In this document: in pieces, positions 1 through 9,146 of the stretch
Layout of the letters: every line of letters starts with the position of its first letter
Position numbering within the stretch: the first letter of the stretch is position 1
Assembly: GCA_965224085.1 (NCBI GenBank)
Contig: CBDCYI010000004.1
Location: 832,001-896,000 of the forward strand
Origin: Candidatus Marinacidobacterales bacterium
GTDB lineage: Bacteria > Acidobacteriota > Vicinamibacteria > Marinacidobacterales > SMYC01
Reading direction: 5' to 3'
Length of the DNA: 64,000 nt
The notes under the pieces: generated by a model
Database searches by the model: none
Told to the model about the DNA's origin: nothing
What the model saw: the letters and a program-made list of their open reading frames with translations, nothing else
Translations under genes and position numbers: made by a program

Positions 1-13
1 GACAGGGGCAGAA

Positions 14-922
14 GTGACGGAGGGTCGAACGCGTCGGGGGGGGGTTCACATACAGCGTTCTCTGGGAACGACGAGCTCATTGAGCGCAGCCTACAATGTC
101 GGACGTACGCTCGCGATTGTGCCGGCGACCATGGTGTTTCATCTGTCATCTAGGCAGAGCGAGGGATTGCTGCGATCGTTGTTCGCTCTGATGAAGCTAG
201 ACAATGATGTGCCCGATCACACCACGATCTCGAGGCGCAAGGCGAAGCTGGGTAAGGTCCCCTTCTACCAAGACAAGCAGAAGACGCCGTTGCACATCTT
301 GATCGACAGCAGCGGTCTCGCTGTCCACGCCGGCCAGCTGCGCAGAGCACCAAATAGCAGAGACTATCGCAAGCTCCATCTGTGTGTCGACGAGCAGACT
401 GGCGAAGTCGTCGCTTGCGAGCTGACGAGCAAAAGAGCCCGCGATTCATCGCGGGTTGCATCGCTTGTCGGACAGAGCGACAGTCCCATCTCATCGGCCA
501 GAGCTGACACCGCATACGACGCCAGCGGCGTCTATGAGGCAATCGAGAATCACAGCGCTCATCGCTCGCCGAGGGTGCTGATACCGCCGCGCAAGGGCGC
601 CCAGCTCGCATCGGGGCCGGCGAGCAGCCGACAGCGCAATCGCAACATTGCAGCACAAGCTCGGCTCGGCAAACGAAAGTGGCACACAGAATCGGGCTAC
701 AGCAAACGGAGCAAAGTCGAGACAACGTTCCATCGCTACAAGGCTATCGTGGGCTCAGCGATGCGAGCGAGAGGGTTGGCGGCACAGAGAGTCGAGGCAA
801 GGATCGGGTGCAAGATTCTCAACACCATGACGGCGCTCGGGATGCCTGATAGCGAGATGATCGGATGATGGGAGTCGGGGCCAAGCGAGCTCTCGGCCTC
901 TATCGGAGTTGTGCACCAAGGC
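14..922 (+). mobile_element. IS5-family (IS903-like) transposase, 5'-truncated, with right end at ~901-922
   Basis: VPDHTTISRR, ILIDSSGL, KLHLCVDEQTGE, DTAYD and GYSKRSKVETTFHRYK are DDE motifs. The first ~35 codons do not look transposase-like. GTTGTGCACCAAGGC after the stop resembles an IS903-type end. Confidence 0.85.
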
Positions 923-1139
923 ACGACAGTGGCGGCAAAGGAGAAAGTGAAGCCATGCTCTCCAACAACGACGGCTATCTCGCAGGCCGCGGCTGCGAGA
1001 CGCGTTCAGAATGGATCCCGAAACACAGCCACTTCGATCAAGTGAGCCCGTACCATTGGAGTGCAGTAACGATCGCCACCTAACTCGAGCAGAGCCCACA
1101 ATCCGAAGGTACCCGCTCCCCGAGTAACGCCAACTTGAC

Positions 1140-1330
1140 AGCAATGGCATCGCCCGGGCGGGCGAAGGTAATCGGAGACTGACCCTTTGAGATCTGTGGG
1201 AGGAAGTAGACTCCGATCGAGTGCAGCCGGGAGTCAAGGCCGAAGGTACGATGGTGCTCAGTGCCCGTTTGACAGCAAGGTCTGGAGGGTTAGCGGGAGT
1301 ATCCGTGGTGGCATGTCGCGAGGCATGACC
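1140..1330 (+). ncRNA. Putative IS110 bridge RNA
   Basis: Segments at 1164-1170, 1179-1183, 1242-1249 and 1293-1298 match the reconstructed target and donor sites. Boundaries are approximate. Confidence 0.55.
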
Positions 1331-1390
1331 CCGTTCGAAAGAATGTTTTGAATCGCCCCTCTCTCCTGGTTGCGCCGAAAGGAGCGAGAA

Positions 1391-2779
1391 ATGGCACGTC
1401 GCGTCAGGACAAAAAGCAGTCGTCAAGCAAGACGGAAAAAATTGGAGCACGAGCTCGACACGGTAAATCTAGATGCTGCAGGGATTGATATTGGAGCGGA
1501 GTCAATCGTGGCGGCAGTCCCGAAGGGGCGCACTCCTGAGGGCGAACATGTCCGCACGTTTCAGAGCTTTGTATGCTCGCTGCGAGAGCTGGCCAATTGG
1601 CTGAAGGCGTGCGGCGTGTGCACGGTGGCGATGGAGTCGACCGGAGTTTATTGGATTTCACTGTACGAGTTGTTGGAAGACGAGGGATTTGAAGTCTATC
1701 TGGTCGATGCTCGCAAAGTGAAAAACGTATCTGGGCGCAAGTCAGACGTGTCGGATGCGGAGTGGCTGCAACAGCTGCATACATTCGGGCTACTCCCAAA
1801 AACCTTTCGGCCGGAATCGGCGATTTGCGAGCTAAGGGCATACACCCGCCAACGAAGCTCGCTGGTGGAGTCAGCGGCTCGCCACATTCAGCATATGCAC
1901 AAAGCGCTCAACCAAATGGGGCTCCAGCTACAACACGTCCTGCGCGACGTGACCGGAGTCACCGGCCTTGCGATCATCCGAGCGATCTTGAGAGGAGAGC
2001 GAGATCCTCGTGACCTAGCAAAACTGAGGCATGAACGTTGCCACAACGATGAGGCCACGATCGCGAAAGCCTTAGAAGGTAACTATCGGAGCGAGCATGT
2101 TTTCGCTCTTCAACAGTCGGTGGAGTTGTACGATTTCTATCAAGAGAAAATGGAAGACTGTGACAAGCGGATCGAGAGATGCCTGTCCAAATTGGAGACC
2201 CGGCCTCAGGACGCTCGGCCTAAGCCGAAACCACGGACACGGCGAGCGCGTAGCGGCAACGGGCCGCGCTTTCCGCTCGCTGAGTCTCTATTGGGACTCA
2301 CGGGGGTGGACCTAACCAGGGTTCCCGGCTTAGGTAGCTATGCCGTTCTGCAGCTCGTAGGAGAAACCGGTTGCGACATGAGCCCGTGGAAAAGTGACAA
2401 GCACTTCACCTCATGGCTAGCTCTCGCACCGAATAATAAGGAGTCCGCTGGTCGAATCTTTCGCCGGGCCACCCCAATGAGCTCCAGTCGTGCTGCAAAA
2501 CTCTTTCGCCTCGCCGCGTGCGCTGTCCGCAATACCCAAACCGCGCTCGGCGCTTTCTATCGACGAATCCGATCGCGACGAGGTGCTCCAAAGGCCATCA
2601 CAGCTACCGCCCGTAAAATAGCGACCATCTACTTCCGCATGCTTGCGACTGGAGAGGAGTTCATTGAGCTCGGTCAGGACGCCTATGAAAGGCAATACCA
2701 GCAACGCCTCCTGAGTAATCTCCGACGCAAAGCTACCCGACTCGGCTTCAGCCTCGTTCCCGATCAATCCATATCATGA
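1391..2779 (+). CDS. IS110-family DEDD recombinase/transposase
   Basis: GIDIG, VAMESTGVYW, RKSDVSDAEWL and LAPNNKESAG motifs. AAAGGAG RBS precedes ATG 1391. Confidence 0.95.
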   Translation: MARRVRTKSSRQARRKKLEHELDTVNLDAAGIDIGAESIVAAVPKGRTPEGEHVRTFQSFVCSLRELANWLKACGVCTVAMESTGVYWISLYELLEDEGFEVYLVDARKVKNVSGRKSDVSDAEWLQQLHTFGLLPKTFRPESAICELRAYTRQRSSLVESAARHIQHMHKALNQMGLQLQHVLRDVTGVTGLAIIRAILRGERDPRDLAKLRHERCHNDEATIAKALEGNYRSEHVFALQQSVELYDFYQEKMEDCDKRIERCLSKLETRPQDARPKPKPRTRRARSGNGPRFPLAESLLGLTGVDLTRVPGLGSYAVLQLVGETGCDMSPWKSDKHFTSWLALAPNNKESAGRIFRRATPMSSSRAAKLFRLAACAVRNTQTALGAFYRRIRSRRGAPKAITATARKIATIYFRMLATGEEFIELGQDAYERQYQQRLLSNLRRKATRLGFSLVPDQSIS

Positions 2780-3009
2780 AAAATGCCTTCGGCCGGGAGT
2801 GTCAGTCGAAAGTACCGTCAGGAAACGGCGTGCGACTCCTTGCGGAGCAGCCCGTGCCAATGCAGCGACAAACCCAGAGAACGATGGTGGTTTTCCAGTA
2901 CTCGCGCTCCGTGTCGTCGAACCTTGCACGATCTCTGTATGACAGAAAGAAGGTTCTATCCGGGCGCGCCGGCACTTCGGGCTGAATTCCTTTCGTAGTG
3001 TTGAGAAAT

Positions 3010-3152
3010 GGAATCGTCTACTGAGATGGGGCCTTCAGCGATCCGCTCGGCGAGCGTTTGACCTTCGACGAGCTCGAGAACGAGTGCGTTCTGCTCGAAC
3101 CGAGAAATACTCGCAATGTTCGGATGATTCAGAGATGCGAGCAGCTTCGCTC
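3010..3152 (-). pseudogene. Internal fragment of a Ser/Thr protein kinase
   Basis: AKLLASLNHPNIASI...ALVLELVEGQTLAERIAEGPI (subdomains III-V), with no start or catalytic loop. Confidence 0.8.
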
Positions 3153-3249
3153 CCGGGGACAGTGGCATGACTCGATGTCTACCCGCGCCGAAGCATCGAC
3201 GCGAAGAGTACAAACAAGTCGTGCAGACGAGTACCACGGAAATGGGCGC

Positions 3250-3672
3250 CTAGCGATCGTGCCAGTCTTCGATCGTCAGTCCGTCAAAGCCTTGATAGTC
3301 TCTGACGTTGGCCGTCACGAGCACCAACGCATGGACACGGGCGACGGCTGCAATTTGCCCGTCGGCGAAGGAAGGCGTATTGCCCGAGGCGGTCAGCCGC
3401 ACTCGCTCCGACGCGTGCCACACGGCCGCAGCGTCATCGTAGCCGAGAACGGGAACGTGAGGACCGATCACGTTCCTGAGGTACGCTTCGAGCGACGATC
3501 GTCGGCGCGACGGTTCGAGCCGATAGCAGCCGAACCAAAGCTCGTGCCAGACCACCGATGCGGTGGCGATGCGTCCTTCGGCTTCGACGATTCTTTTCTG
3601 AACCCGCGGATTCGGTGTTGGCTTCGCCGGCTCGGAGAGAACATTGGTATCGAGAAGGTACGTGAGCGTCAA
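3250..3672 (-). CDS. vapC: VapC-family PIN-domain toxin
   Basis: YLLDTNVLSE, FADGQIAAVA, LVTANVRDY. Confidence 0.93.
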   Translation of the reverse strand: MTLTYLLDTNVLSEPAKPTPNPRVQKRIVEAEGRIATASVVWHELWFGCYRLEPSRRRSSLEAYLRNVIGPHVPVLGYDDAAAVWHASERVRLTASGNTPSFADGQIAAVARVHALVLVTANVRDYQGFDGLTIEDWHDR

Positions 3673-3959
3673 AGGCGAACGTCCCGCCCCCGTGACCGAT
3701 CGCGTACGCCGTCGTAGGCGGCCTCGATGTCCAGTTCCTCGAGGTCGACATTTCTCCTGAAGTCGTCGATGGCACGACTCAGCGGGACGGAGCGCTTCAT
3801 CTGGGCGTCATACCGATCCGTCGCGATGAGCACGGCCACCGGCTCGCCACGCCGCGTCAACGTCACGATCAAGCCGCGCTCGGCGTCGCGCACGAGCGAC
3901 GGAAGGTTCTCCCGTGCCGCCGAGATGGATACCTCTTTCCTCTGCTCCACGATGTACAT
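3669..3959 (-). CDS. Phd/YefM-family antitoxin (start may be GTG 3950)
   Basis: SISAARENLPSLVRDAE...LTRRGEPVAVL; 4-nt overlap with the toxin. Confidence 0.9.
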   Translation of the reverse strand: MYIVEQRKEVSISAARENLPSLVRDAERGLIVTLTRRGEPVAVLIATDRYDAQMKRSVPLSRAIDDFRRNVDLEELDIEAAYDGVRDRSRGRDVRL

Positions 3960-3972
3960 TATATCTGTACAT
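3952..3972. promoter_or_regulatory. Operator palindrome of the Phd/YefM-VapC operon
   Basis: ATGTACA-N7-TGTACAT. Each arm carries the TGTACA core known from YefM-type operators. Confidence 0.7.
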
Positions 3973-4074
3973 TACACTGATTTCAATGGGAGACGGGCGC
4001 GAGACAATCTCATTAAACGCCGAGCTAAGTGGCATGGGCTCGATGATCTACCTTCCCGCTAACCTTTTCTCAGT

Positions 4075-4370
4075 CAGTATGAAACGACCAGCTCCGTGAC
4101 GTAGCGTCGTGGATTAGGCTACGGAACGGAAATCTCAGTGGCCCAGAGCCACGATACGAAAGGAGCTGGTCGTATGAAGGATTGTACCTTTACTAGGATT
4201 GGATGTACATGCGGAGACGATAGCGGCGTTTGTGGCGGACGAGGACGGCACGGAACGCAATCTGGGCGTGGTTGCTCACCGTCCGTCGTCGATCGAAAAG
4301 CTGTTGAAGAAGGTCGGCTCGAAGGAACGCATCCACGCGGTCTATGAAGCCGGTCCGACGGGGTACCAAT
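4075..4370 (+). pseudogene. IS110 remnant: structured left end plus frameshifted, truncated transposase
   Basis: GLDVHAETIA...VYEAGPTGY. A 12-bp inverted repeat (4084-4095/4162-4173) covers the RBS before ATG 4174. Confidence 0.8.
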
Positions 4371-4545
4371 CTCACCTGAGCGATGGGTTCGTCGAATCGA
4401 TGTCGCAAACCCAGAAATACTACAATCTTTCAAAGATCTAGGCCCGAGCTCAATAGCAATGACGTTCGTGAGGCCATTCGAGATCCCTTCCGCACAACCT
4501 AGTAGGGGCTAGCGCGTCCCTCGACGGACGTCGGTATAATTCTTT

Positions 4546-5178
4546 GTGGCTGGGCTTCCCTTTGACGATCATTTTCGGGAGCGCGTATCGGAGCATCTCG
4601 ATCGCTTCGATCGGCGCGCGATAGCACCCGACGCTCTCACACGGGCGGCGGTCGCGATCGTGCTCGTCGGCGACAGTATGGGTGAAGCCTCGTTCATCTT
4701 GACTCGCCGGCCGCCCAACCTTCGTCGACACGCGGGACAATGGGCGTTGCCCGGAGGCCGTTGCGACGATGGCGAGAGCCCGATCGACGCCGCACGGCGA
4801 GAGCTCGAAGAAGAGGTCGGTGTCAGCCTCGACCACGAGAGCGCCGTCGGCCGTCTCGATGACTTTAAGACACGCTCGGGCTTTTTGATCACGCCTGTCG
4901 TCTTCTTTGGACCGAGCGAGCCCGCGCTACGCCCCGACCCCACCGAGGTCCACGCCGCCTATGTCGTCCCGCTCAAAGTCCTCGAGGCACCCGACGTTCC
5001 GACCATCCGGGAGAGTGCAACAAGCGTCCAACCCTTGATTTCTATAACAGTCGAATCGCTGGGCACAACGATCTGGGCGCCGACGGCGGCGCTGCTCTTC
5101 CAAACACGCGAAGTCGTCGTTCACGGCCGTTCGACGCGCGTGGCACATTTCGAGCAACCACGTTTCGCGTGGAAGTAG
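4546..5178 (+). CDS. Nudix hydrolase, CoA pyrophosphatase (NudL-like)
   Basis: LRRHAGQWALPGG followed by the Nudix box GGRCDDGESPIDAARRELEEEVG; also IWAPTA. Confidence 0.9.
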   Translation: MAGLPFDDHFRERVSEHLDRFDRRAIAPDALTRAAVAIVLVGDSMGEASFILTRRPPNLRRHAGQWALPGGRCDDGESPIDAARRELEEEVGVSLDHESAVGRLDDFKTRSGFLITPVVFFGPSEPALRPDPTEVHAAYVVPLKVLEAPDVPTIRESATSVQPLISITVESLGTTIWAPTAALLFQTREVVVHGRSTRVAHFEQPRFAWK

Positions 5179-5199
5179 CTCGCGCGGCAGCTCTCTGAG

Positions 5200-5481
5200 T
5201 CACGCCACCTTTCGCTCGATGCCCTCTTGAACTTTGAACTCTGCGACGAGGCTTCTCAGCTCCGCGGCCATTCGAGAAAGCCCGTCCGCTGCACTTTGGG
5301 TCTGGCTGACGCCGGCCGAGGCGCTCTGCGCCGCCTCAGCGACACCGACGATGTTCTGAGCGATCTCGCTACTGCCCTTGGCCACCTCAGCGACGTTCCG
5401 CCCCATCTCATTGGCCGTCACAAACTGCTCCTCGACGGCACTGGCAATGACATTTTGGGCGTCATTTATTTGGCCAATGAT
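5200..5481 (-). pseudogene. C-terminal remnant of a methyl-accepting chemotaxis protein
   Basis: IIGQINDAQNVIASAVEEQ...LSRMAAELRSLVAEFK. It begins directly at the aroC stop codon. Confidence 0.8.
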
Positions 5482-6567
5482 CTAACCGCGCTGCGTGCGT
5501 TGGCGGAGCGCGTGATCGGCGAGGGTCACCGCCATCATCGCTTCGGCCATCGGGACGAACCGCGGCAAGAGGCAGGGGTCGTGCCGCCCTTTAGTAGCGA
5601 TCGTCGTGGCCTCACCTTCGCGGTTCACCGTTTCTTGTTCCCGGGGAAGGCTGCTCGTCGGTTTGACCGCACACCGCAGCACGATAGGCATGCCCGACGA
5701 GATGCCGCCTAGCATTCCGCCATGTCGATTGGTGCGGGTCACGATGCGCTCGCCGTCGCGCGTCAACACGTCGTTGGCTTCGCTTCCCCGCATCGTCGCG
5801 ACGCCGAAGCCCGCGCCGTACTCGACGCCCATAACGGCGGGAAGGCTCAACATGGCCTTTCCGAGATCGGCCTTCAGCTTGTCGAAGACGGGCTCGCCCC
5901 AACCCGGAGGGACCCCCGTCGCAACGATCTCCGAGATACCACCAACAGAATCGCGCGCGCGCCTAACCTCTTCAATGAGCGCAATCATCTCCTCCGCGAC
6001 GGCAGCGTCGGGACAACGCACGATGTTGGCCTCCACGGCCTCGAGCGTCACGGCATCCGGATCGGGCACCTCCGCCACCAGGTCTCCGATCTGTTTCACA
6101 TAGCCGACGATACGCACGCCGAAAAGCTCACCAAGAAGCTTCTTCGCCACCGCACCGGCAGCGACCCGCACGGAGGTTTCGCGCGCGCTCGAGCGGCCGC
6201 CGCCTCTATAGTCACGGAAACCGTATTTCGCGTCGAACGTCAGATCGGCGTGTCCGGGGCGATACTTGTCGCGGTTCTCCGAGTAGTCGCTGGGCCGTTG
6301 GTCTCGATTGCGGATGCTTATCGCAATCGACGTCCCCGTCGTCTTGCCGTCGAAGACTCCGGATAGAATCTCGGGGGCATCCGCCTCTTGGCGCTGCGTG
6401 GTTACTTTGGACTGGCCCGGACGACGCCGATCTAGATCGGGCGTGAGGTCCGACTCCGAGAGCGCGAGCCCAGGCGGAACTCCGTCGATGATGACGACGT
6501 AGCCCGGCCCGTGGCTTTCGCCCGCGGTCGTGATCCGAAGACACTGGCCGAAACTGTTTCCAGGCAT
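5482..6567 (-). CDS. aroC: Chorismate synthase
   Basis: [21 protein letters not shown] and GRHDPC signatures. Confidence 0.97.
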   Translation of the reverse strand: MPGNSFGQCLRITTAGESHGPGYVVIIDGVPPGLALSESDLTPDLDRRRPGQSKVTTQRQEADAPEILSGVFDGKTTGTSIAISIRNRDQRPSDYSENRDKYRPGHADLTFDAKYGFRDYRGGGRSSARETSVRVAAGAVAKKLLGELFGVRIVGYVKQIGDLVAEVPDPDAVTLEAVEANIVRCPDAAVAEEMIALIEEVRRARDSVGGISEIVATGVPPGWGEPVFDKLKADLGKAMLSLPAVMGVEYGAGFGVATMRGSEANDVLTRDGERIVTRTNRHGGMLGGISSGMPIVLRCAVKPTSSLPREQETVNREGEATTIATKGRHDPCLLPRFVPMAEAMMAVTLADHALRQRTQRG

Positions 6568-6575
6568 GGCCTATG

Positions 6576-7151
6576 TTACTTCGGTCGAGACGGAAAGGTA
6601 GGCGCAACGCAAAGATAAGAAAGAGGCACTGCGTCCGCGAGCCACACACCGTTGTCGGAGACCAACAACGTGTACCCGTCCGCAGCCATTGCGTGGGCGT
6701 CGACCTCGAGGATGATGATCTCGCCCTTGCGCCGGGCGCCGACGCGGCAAGCCGTCTCCACATCCGGAGACAGGTGCACGTGGTGGCGGCTCATCGGGCG
6801 CAAACCGCCGCTCGCTTGAATCTTGGCCCACTTCTCGCTCGTCGTGCCGTGAAACAAGTGGGCAGGCGGCTTCTGTGGTGTCGAAGACACGGCGTGAACG
6901 TAGGAGACGCTGTGCCCTTGATTGGCCCGCACCTGCCCATCCCGGAGCGTGTAGCGTTTCTTGTCGTCGTTGGCGACGATTTCCTGAAGCGCCTCCATCG
7001 TGAACTGTGGGTAGCGAGGGCGCATGGCGCTCACAAGCTCGGCGGCATCGACGTAGCCCGATGGGTCGAGCCTCACCCCGATCTCTTCAGGACGGTGACG
7101 CAACACGTAGCAAAGAAACTTGCTGACGTCCCGACGGATCCACTCAGGCAC
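6576..7151 (-). CDS. kptA: RNA 2'-phosphotransferase, Tpt1/KptA family
   Basis: SKFLCYVLRH, DKKRY, RANQGHS, LFHGT, MSRHHVHLS, SDNGVWL. Confidence 0.95.
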   Translation of the reverse strand: MPEWIRRDVSKFLCYVLRHRPEEIGVRLDPSGYVDAAELVSAMRPRYPQFTMEALQEIVANDDKKRYTLRDGQVRANQGHSVSYVHAVSSTPQKPPAHLFHGTTSEKWAKIQASGGLRPMSRHHVHLSPDVETACRVGARRKGEIIILEVDAHAMAADGYTLLVSDNGVWLADAVPLSYLCVAPTFPSRPK

Positions 7152-8834
7152 TTAGGCCTCGGATCCGGGGAATCGAATCAGCTTGCCCCGAATCCGCCCG
7201 CCAATGAGGGCGGAGTCCCACGCGATGCTAACAGGCGTGAGGTGCGGCGCGCGGGAGCGGATGAAACGCCCACGAGTAAAAGCCGGCGTCCCTTCCGGAG
7301 GCTCCGAAACGGCTCTTTCGATCTCGCCCGGTGCCACCAGGAACCGGTGCACGTTTCCGGTCGCCGCGAACTTCTCCGCATATCCTTCTTCGAGCTCGTG
7401 ATAGCGAAGATCGATCGTCTTGAGCATCGCGAGGTCATTCTCATCGCCACAGGCCTCGAGAAGATAACGCTTCGTCACCCAGTCGAGGCGCCCGACGAGC
7501 CGCGACATCTCTTTGCGCTCGAGAGCCACGAGCACGTCTTCCCATTGCTCCACGACTTCGGACGCCTCGAGTGAGGTCGTCTTCGACGCGCTCAAAAAGC
7601 CTTTCGCTTTCTCGAGGTAGTAGCGCTGAAGCTCTAAGGCGCTCACCTCGCCGCGATCGCTCTGCACCACGGCTTCGAGGCTAGGATCCGCCGTTAGCGC
7701 GTGAAGTGCGGCGACGGGTTTCGGGAGGTTCGGAGCGTCGCGGAGCCAGCCGGCTTCGGCCATATCGATCACGAGCGCGGTCGTCCCCATTTTCAAGAAC
7801 TCGGTGTCCTCCAGCATGCTGGAATCCGCGAGGCCGAGTTGCAGGCGTTGCCGCCGGCGAAACAAGCTCAGGAGCGGCAATATGTGGAAATGCGCCGCCG
7901 CGAGGGCCGGCTTCATCAAGTTACCGGTATCGAAGATCGCGCGGTCGTTAGGGCTGATCGAAAAACGCATTTTTCGCTTGATCGCCGGCGCTTTTTCGGA
8001 CAGCACGAAACGCCCGTCTGGCTCGACGCTTCCCGAACCGCTCAGCACGGGACGCGACACGAGAAATGCCAGCGTCTTTTGTCGCACGCGGCGGAAGGCG
8101 AAAAGACGGAGCAGCAAAGAAAGGGCTGCAATGACAGGCAAGGTCACAACATAGCTCAGCCAATAGAGGAAGCGTCCGAGTAGGTTCTCGAGCTTGTGAT
8201 CTTCGAGCGACGTGAGACGAGCAAACCATCGGCGGTGTCGCAACGGCGGAAGCGCCGCCACGATGGCCGCAGCCGTTCCGACGACGATGGCCGCGACCAG
8301 GAGCGCCATGAAGACCAACCAGCCGAGGACCACCGTCGCTGCGAGAAGCGGCATGAGGAGTGTGAGGCCAAGCCGGTACAACCAGAGCACGCGGCCGGGG
8401 GCGACCCGGCATTCGAAGCTCTCCTGCGCGCCATAGACATGCCCTTCGACGTCACGGCAGTTTTTCAGAAGCCCGAGGCGACCGGGAAAACCGCTAGAAC
8501 CGAGCTCCTGCTCGGCTTCGGGGATCGCTTTGCGGAGAAGCGATTCCTGAGCTTTCTGGTAGAGCAGGAGCTGCCCCGGCCCGCGACATTCGGGCGTGGC
8601 GCCTTCGATGAGACCGCCTTCCACATGGTAAGGCAGATACTCGTAGTGAAAGGCGCCACCATTCTCTGTGAAGATCTGGGGCCGCTCGGAGTACATGCCC
8701 GGCTCGGTGCGAACCCGTCTCCCGATGGCACGGGCCAACGAGTCGTAGATTCTATCGTTTCCTGGATGAGCGAAATCGGGAGAAAAGCGAATGGCGTATT
8801 CAGTCTCCTGTCCCATCAGGCGACCGAACAACAC
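7152..8834 (-). CDS. PafA/Dop-family (Pup ligase-like) protein with a transmembrane insertion
   Basis: MGQETEYA, ENGG, IEGATPEC, LKNCRD..G.VYGAQE, RLQLGLADS, FLKMGTTALV, LDWVTK, DLRYH and PPEGT are all recognisable. A ~100-aa hydrophobic insert lies at aa ~148-250. Confidence 0.88.
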   Translation of the reverse strand: MLFGRLMGQETEYAIRFSPDFAHPGNDRIYDSLARAIGRRVRTEPGMYSERPQIFTENGGAFHYEYLPYHVEGGLIEGATPECRGPGQLLLYQKAQESLLRKAIPEAEQELGSSGFPGRLGLLKNCRDVEGHVYGAQESFECRVAPGRVLWLYRLGLTLLMPLLAATVVLGWLVFMALLVAAIVVGTAAAIVAALPPLRHRRWFARLTSLEDHKLENLLGRFLYWLSYVVTLPVIAALSLLLRLFAFRRVRQKTLAFLVSRPVLSGSGSVEPDGRFVLSEKAPAIKRKMRFSISPNDRAIFDTGNLMKPALAAAHFHILPLLSLFRRRQRLQLGLADSSMLEDTEFLKMGTTALVIDMAEAGWLRDAPNLPKPVAALHALTADPSLEAVVQSDRGEVSALELQRYYLEKAKGFLSASKTTSLEASEVVEQWEDVLVALERKEMSRLVGRLDWVTKRYLLEACGDENDLAMLKTIDLRYHELEEGYAEKFAATGNVHRFLVAPGEIERAVSEPPEGTPAFTRGRFIRSRAPHLTPVSIAWDSALIGGRIRGKLIRFPGSEA

Positions 8835-8854
8835 CGACGTGGCGTGGCGACGCG

Positions 8855-9004
8855 CTATTCGCCGCCCTCGGGCACGATGGTCTCGCTGAGGTAGCGATCC
8901 TTGAGGGTGCGAGCGTCCTTCGCGATCTCGAGGATAATTCGCTGAGCGCTGTGCTCGCGCGCGTCGTGCTCTTCTTCGATTTCAAATTCGAGGATGGGTT
9001 CCAT
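8855..9004 (-). CDS. Pup-like small modifier protein ending in GGE (49 aa, not in ORF track)
   Basis: Hand translation gives MEPILEFEIEEEHDAREHSAQRIILEIAKDARTLKDRYLSETIVPEGGE*. AGGAG lies upstream, and the stop is 20 nt before the ligase start. Confidence 0.8.
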   Translation of the reverse strand: MEPILEFEIEEEHDAREHSAQRIILEIAKDARTLKDRYLSETIVPEGGE

Positions 9005-9146
9005 GAGTGTTCACACTCCTACTTCGCTACGTCCACCATACCACAGTCTGCCATTCGCTGCAGCCTCAGCACGGCCACCAGCCGGAGCCGGCGCTCTGGA
9101 GTTGCGCGTTTCTAAATTGATCTCTTCGAGCGCACATCGTGTCGGG

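Larger units (their letters stand above)
1114..2816 (+). mobile_element. IS110-family insertion sequence with a long 5' non-coding end
   Basis: The ORF is bracketed by CGAAGGTACC (1104-1113) and CGAAAGTACC (2807-2816). There are ~280 nt of non-coding sequence before the ORF. Confidence 0.75.

Noticed and set aside
8800-8985. 61-aa ORF in the track upstream of the ligase
   Set aside because: Shadow frame overlapping the ligase start. The GGE-ending frame 8855-9004 has an ATG, an RBS and a fitting context.
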